Assembly: GCA_965216955.1 (NCBI GenBank)
Contig: CBDCGV010000016.1
Span: 160,715-224,714, forward strand
Direction of reading: 5' to 3'
DNA: 64,000 nt
DNA from: Chitinophagales bacterium
GTDB lineage: Bacteria; Bacteroidota; Bacteroidia; Chitinophagales; JADIYW01
The notes under the pieces were generated by a model that worked only from the letters and a program-made list of their open reading frames with translations, ran no database searches and was not told the DNA's origin. This document shows positions 56,901 to 62,900 of the stretch, one piece after another (position 1 is the first letter of the stretch; each line of letters opens with the position of its first letter). The position numbers and the translations under genes are program-made.

Positions 56901-59900
56901 ACTGTACCGCTTTCTACTCCATTTACAACATAACCAATTAATGTAGGTCCACCGTTCGCCGTTGCAGCTGTAAATTCAAATGAACCTTCATCACTACCAA
57001 TACATAATGGCTCTGTTAACACTTCAGTAATTAAAGAAGGTCCATTGCTATTAAATAACTCTACTGTTAATGTAGTATCACAACCTTGATCATCAATAGT
57101 TACAGTATATACCCCGGCTGCTAATTCGCTAGCGGTTGCTCCTGCAGGAATACTTCCTTGAGGACCTGTCCAAGTATAAGTTTCACTACCACTTGCACCT
57201 GTCGCTGTTACTGCAATTGATCCATCTACGTTTCCACAAGTAGGATCAGTTGGTGTAACACTAACTGTGTAATCGATACCTTCTTCCTCTATACAGAACT
57301 CTACAACATCCACACATCCGTCTGCATCTTCTACCTCAGCAGAGTAGCATCCAGCACCTAAACCACCTTGTACTAATTCTCCAGCATTATTGTTAGACTG
57401 TAGTACTTGTGTTCCTGTCTCATCGTATAATGTTATGGTAAATAAGGCAGTACCATTTAATACTCTAATAGTAACTCCGCCATTTAATGCACCGCAATTA
57501 GCAGTAATAAAGTTAACCGCTCTCACTTCAGGAGCTCCATCTTCTACTGCTTCAATCTCATTAGATGCCGTAGTCGTACATTCTCCAGTAGCATCTACTA
57601 CTTCAATATCATATACTCCAGCTGATAAACCAGTAATACAGTATTCTGTACCTGGCATTGTTATAGTACCAGCAACCGCCCCACTATTTCTATTTGTAAC
57701 TGTATATGTATAAGGAGCAACACCTCCTGTCACTTCAACACAAAGTTCTCCATCATTTTCTCCACAATGCTCATCATTAACAACAACATTTGCAACATCA
57801 AAATCTGCACAATCTACACATGGATCTGGGTCTACAATTACTTCATCCTCAGAAACCGTACAACCATTTACATCTGTTACTGTAACGGTATAAGTTCCAT
57901 CTTCTAAACCAGAGATACATGTTACTTCATTCTCCATAAATGGATCTGGTAAGATTCCAACATTTGGAGAAATACTCACTGTATAAGGTGCTGTTCCACC
58001 TTCAGCGTTTAAGCAAATCTTACCATCTGCCACATCACACAATGTTGGGCTAAATGGCTCTAATTCCGCTGTTAATTCTTCCGGAGCTGTAATTTCAAAG
58101 CTACTAGCAGATTGACATCCAAAGTAATCCACTAAATAAACTTCATAATTACCTACCGGCAATCCTGTTAGTACAATAGTACCACCATTGATAATTGTAC
58201 CGTTAGTTACACCAGGTATATCATAATCTAAAAATACTGAGCTACCGCTAAATGTAATGGTTGCCCCACCTGTTGTATCTTCTGAACATACATTCACCGC
58301 GTCAACCGTAATGTCTATTTGAGGCCCATCGCTATTAGGAATAGATACATTAAGTGTTGTATCGCAACCACCATCACTTACAGTAACTGTATAATTACCG
58401 CTTGGTAAATTTGTTGGATTACTTCCTGTTGGGCTCGTTCCCGCAGGGCCTGTCCAGCTATATGTTTCACTACCTGAACCTCCTGTAACATTGACATCTA
58501 TTGCACCGTCGTTGTTACCACAAGTAGCTGTATCAACAGTGATATCTACAGTAAAATCAATGCCTCCAACTTCAATCTCGCCATTATCTCCTTGAATACA
58601 ACCATTGGCATCTGTTACTTCTAATTGGTAAGGGCCAACAGGTAAACCTGTAATATCAACAGCTCCATTGTTTACATTAATTGTACCTGTAGATACAGTA
58701 CCATTTGCATCAACAAACTCGTATGTGAAAGGAGCCACTCCAGCAGCTCTGAAACGAACTGATCCGTCGGCAACACCATTACAGTCATCGCCTCCTTCAG
58801 AGATAATTGTTACCTCAGGGCCATCGATAGTTTCAACAACTATCAATTCTTGTGCAGGACAAACGGTATCCCCTTGATCTATAATTTCTACTGTATATGC
58901 CCCAGCTGCTACACCAGTATGTGTATAAACCAATGCACTTGATGAAGCAGTTTCTGCCACTACACCATTTTCATCTAATAAATTGTATGTAAATGGACCA
59001 CTACTTGTAGTTACTATTGTAGTAGTCACTGTTCCATTATCTGTATCACATGTTGATGCATCACTTACCACATCCTCTATTAATATTGTTTCTTTATCTT
59101 CTACAACAAAATCATACTCTGGGTTACAACCAAATAAATCGGTAATCATCAGATGATAAACACCAGGTGCTAATCCTGTTAGATCTTCTGTGCTAGCAGT
59201 AAATCCATTTGGTCCAGTCCATGTATAGAATGTTCCTGGTGTTCCTCCACCAGTTCTTGTAACTGTAATATCAATTTCTCCATCCATGTGTGTATCACAA
59301 TCCGTAATATCTTGGATATCTGCAACCACTTCTATGTCTGTAGGGTTTATTGAAAGTTGTTTAGTTATATCATCGATACAACCTCCATCATTTACTGTTA
59401 AAGTCACATTGTATGTTCCAAACATATCAAATACCACCCAGATAATACTGCTATCTAAGTTGGCATTCACTATAGTTGCCGGATCAACATCCCAAGTATA
59501 AAATGCATTTGGACTTGAGAATCCGTTAAAAGAAAGTTGAATTTCTGACCCCATACATGCTGTTCCAGGAAGTAAGAAATCAGCAACCGGTGGAGGAGAA
59601 ATAAAGAATGTATCGCACGTTTCTTCTCCAATACAGGTAGTAACTGTATCCTCTCCTTGTACACATAACTCGATAGGAATTGGCACTAGTCCACCCAAAC
59701 CGATTGTTCTTACTGTTAAACTATCCGTACCCTGTCCATCAACAATTTCTACTAATCCAGGAGCAGATAAAGTCCATGTATATACCACATTTGCTTCAGG
59801 ATTATCGATAACATAACTTGCTAAACTATCATTTGCCGGACATATAGATGCTGGCCCAGTAAATGTAACATTTATTGGAGCATTGTATATAATCACTTGT

Positions 59901-62900
59901 GTACTATCGGCAGGAGAAGTACATCCATCTACTGTTACTGTCACATAGTAATAACCTGTATCTGCTAAAGTAACATCTAACAAAATAGGATCTTCATCTG
60001 TTGAAGTATAACCATTTGGTCCAGTCCAGAAGTACTGCGCACCAAGAATACTTGGATCTGCATATAACTCAATATTCTCTCCCTCACAAACAGGACCACT
60101 ATTCGTAGCCTCAGGTGCAGGTGGGATTGGTAAAAGTTCTACCGTAGTACAAGCTTGCGGAGATGTACAATCATCTATAGTTACTGTTAAACAGTAATCT
60201 CCAGCTACCGCTGGATCTACCCATGGATCTCTTAATCCAGATGTAAAGCCATTTGGACCCGTCCATGTATAAACATCTGCAATTACATTTGCAAACAATT
60301 GAACACTATCGCCTTCACAAACAGGTCCTCCATTTGTTGGGATCGGTTCATCAGGAATCTCTGTAACCTCTACTAAAGTACAAGCTTCTTCAGATACGCA
60401 ACCATTATCGTATGCCACTACACAATAATCCCCAACATCTGTTAATTGAACATTGGTAAGTACAGGGTTGAACGCTGTTGAAGTATAGCCATCAGGACCA
60501 CTCCATAAAACACTATCGGTACCAGCAGCAGCATTAGCCATTAATTGTATATCTTCTCCTTCACACTGAGGACTATCGTCTGTAGGTGCAGGCGTTTCAG
60601 GTGTTGGATAAATAATTACTGTTGTAGCAGCAGATGCCGGAGATACACAACCATCAATTGCAATGGTTACTGTATAATCACCAGCGTTACTTAATACTGC
60701 GCCAATCAATACTGGGTTTTGTTCTGTCGAAGTGAAACTACTTGGTCCACTCCAACTATATGTTGCACCCGCTACCGTTGGGCTTGCAAACAACTGTAAA
60801 TCTTCTCCTTCACAAATTGGAGTATTATTTGTTGCCACTGGTGCCGGTGGTATTGGTAAAATTTCTACTGTTGTACATCCCTGTGGAGAAGTACAATCAT
60901 CTATGGTTACAGTTAAACAGTAATCTCCAGCCATCGCAGGATCTACCCAAGGCTCTCTTAAGCCAGATGTAAATCCACCAGGCCCAGTCCAACTGTAAAC
61001 ATCTGCTACTACGTTTGCAAATAATTGAACACTATCACCATCACATACCGGACCACTATTTGTTGGTAGTGGTTGTTCTGGTATTGGTGTTACTTCTACT
61101 AAAGTACATTCTTCTTCAGACACACAACCGTTGTCATATGCTACTACACAATAATCTCCTGCATCTATTAATTGTACATTCGTTAATAATGGATTTTCTA
61201 ATGTTGAAGTATATCCATCAGGACCTGTCCATCTAACACTATCAAAACCAGCAGGCGGATTCGCCGTTAACTGTATATCTTCTCCCTCACACTGCGGACT
61301 ATCATCCGTAGGCGCAGGTGTACCAGGAATTGGGTGTATCACTACTGTTGTTGCAGCTGAAGCAGGAGACACACAACCATCTATGGTAATGGTTACGGTA
61401 TAGTCACCAGCATGATCAGCTATTGTTGCTCCAATAATTGTTGGGTTTTGCTCTGTTGAAGCGAAGCTATTTGGTCCACTCCAACTATAGGTTGCCCCAG
61501 CTACTGTTGGGCTTGCAAACAACTGTAAATCTTCACCATCACAAATCGGTCCATTGTTTGTTGCCACTGGTGCTGGAGGTATTGGTAAAATCTCCACTGT
61601 TGTAAAGCCAGTATCTGACACACAACCTGATGTTGTAAGGATTAAGCCATACTCACCAGCTACTGCTGGAGTTACCCATGGGTTTTGATCTGCTGAACTG
61701 AACCCACTAGGTCCGAACCATGAATAACTATCGGCATTCGCCATTGCAAATAATTGCACACTATCACCTTCGCATACCGGACCACCATTAGTTGGGAACG
61801 GTGCATCTTCAGGAGATATAATTGTAATAACAGTACATGAGTCTTCTGTCGTAGGACAACCATTGTAATACGCAGTAATACAATATTCCCCACTCATGTC
61901 TGCTGTTGTATTTCTTATAATAGGGTTCATTAATGTAGAAGTGAAGGTCAAAGGACCATCCCAAACTACACTATCTGCTCCAGCAGCACCTCCAAATAAT
62001 TGAATACTATCTCCCTCACAAACAGGTCCATTATTAGTAGGTGTCGGATTTGGAGGTGTTGGATAAATTGTTACGTTTGTAACTCCTGTATCTACCGCCG
62101 TACAAGTGATTGAAGAGCCATTAGGCAAAGTAAATATTTTAGTAATTGTTACTCGATACTCTCCTGTATCGGCAACCGTTACTGGGAAGATTTCAGGATC
62201 TTCTTCTGTTGAACTAAAGCCATTTGGACCAGTCCAGAAATAGGTTGCTCCTGGAACCGATGGATTCGCTTGCAATTGTATTAATTCTCCTTCACAAACA
62301 GGGCCCGTATTATCTGCCCATACCGTATCCGTAACAATAATTACTGTTAAATCAACCGATACAACACTATCACAACCGTAAATATTGGTCAATGTAATTT
62401 GATAAAATCCGGTTGTATCTAATACCGTTGTTCCAACCACTAAGCTATCTCCATCACAAATTGCTATTTCAAGATCTACAGAATCTGCAGGTAGCAACCT
62501 TGTTATTGTTTTAATTATGCTATCGCAACCATTTGGACCTACGCCAACAATGGTATCAATCTCGATTAAGTAATCTGGTTCCGTTGTACTTACACAAATA
62601 GAGTCATACTCTGTAAGCTTGCCATCACACTCACAAGGAGCCGAAGGATATTCAACCGTTTCAGTAACAGCATTAGAAGTACAACCATCTGACAATCTTC
62701 TCAAGAAAAGATTTGAATAAGTTCCTGCACTAAGGTTCAACAAAAATATTTGCCCAAATGCATCAGCCGTAACATTCAAATTGGTAGTTATTGCCGTTCC
62801 TGAAGGGAATGGACTAAACACATAAGAAAGCGCATAGCTTTGTCCCGGTTGAGCTCCATAAACAGTTATTGTACCATTAGATAAACAATCATCAAATGTA

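Noticed and set aside
44277-61236. Numerous 60-130-aa plus-strand ORFs inside the giant gene (for example 44534-44932, 46865-47218, 49892-50215, 51830-52165, 57390-57713)
   Set aside because: All are antisense to the 25-kb ORF. They are low-complexity (Cys/Ile/Ser/Tyr-rich or Ser/Pro/Val-rich) and repeat with the sense-strand modules, which is the typical shadow-ORF pattern.
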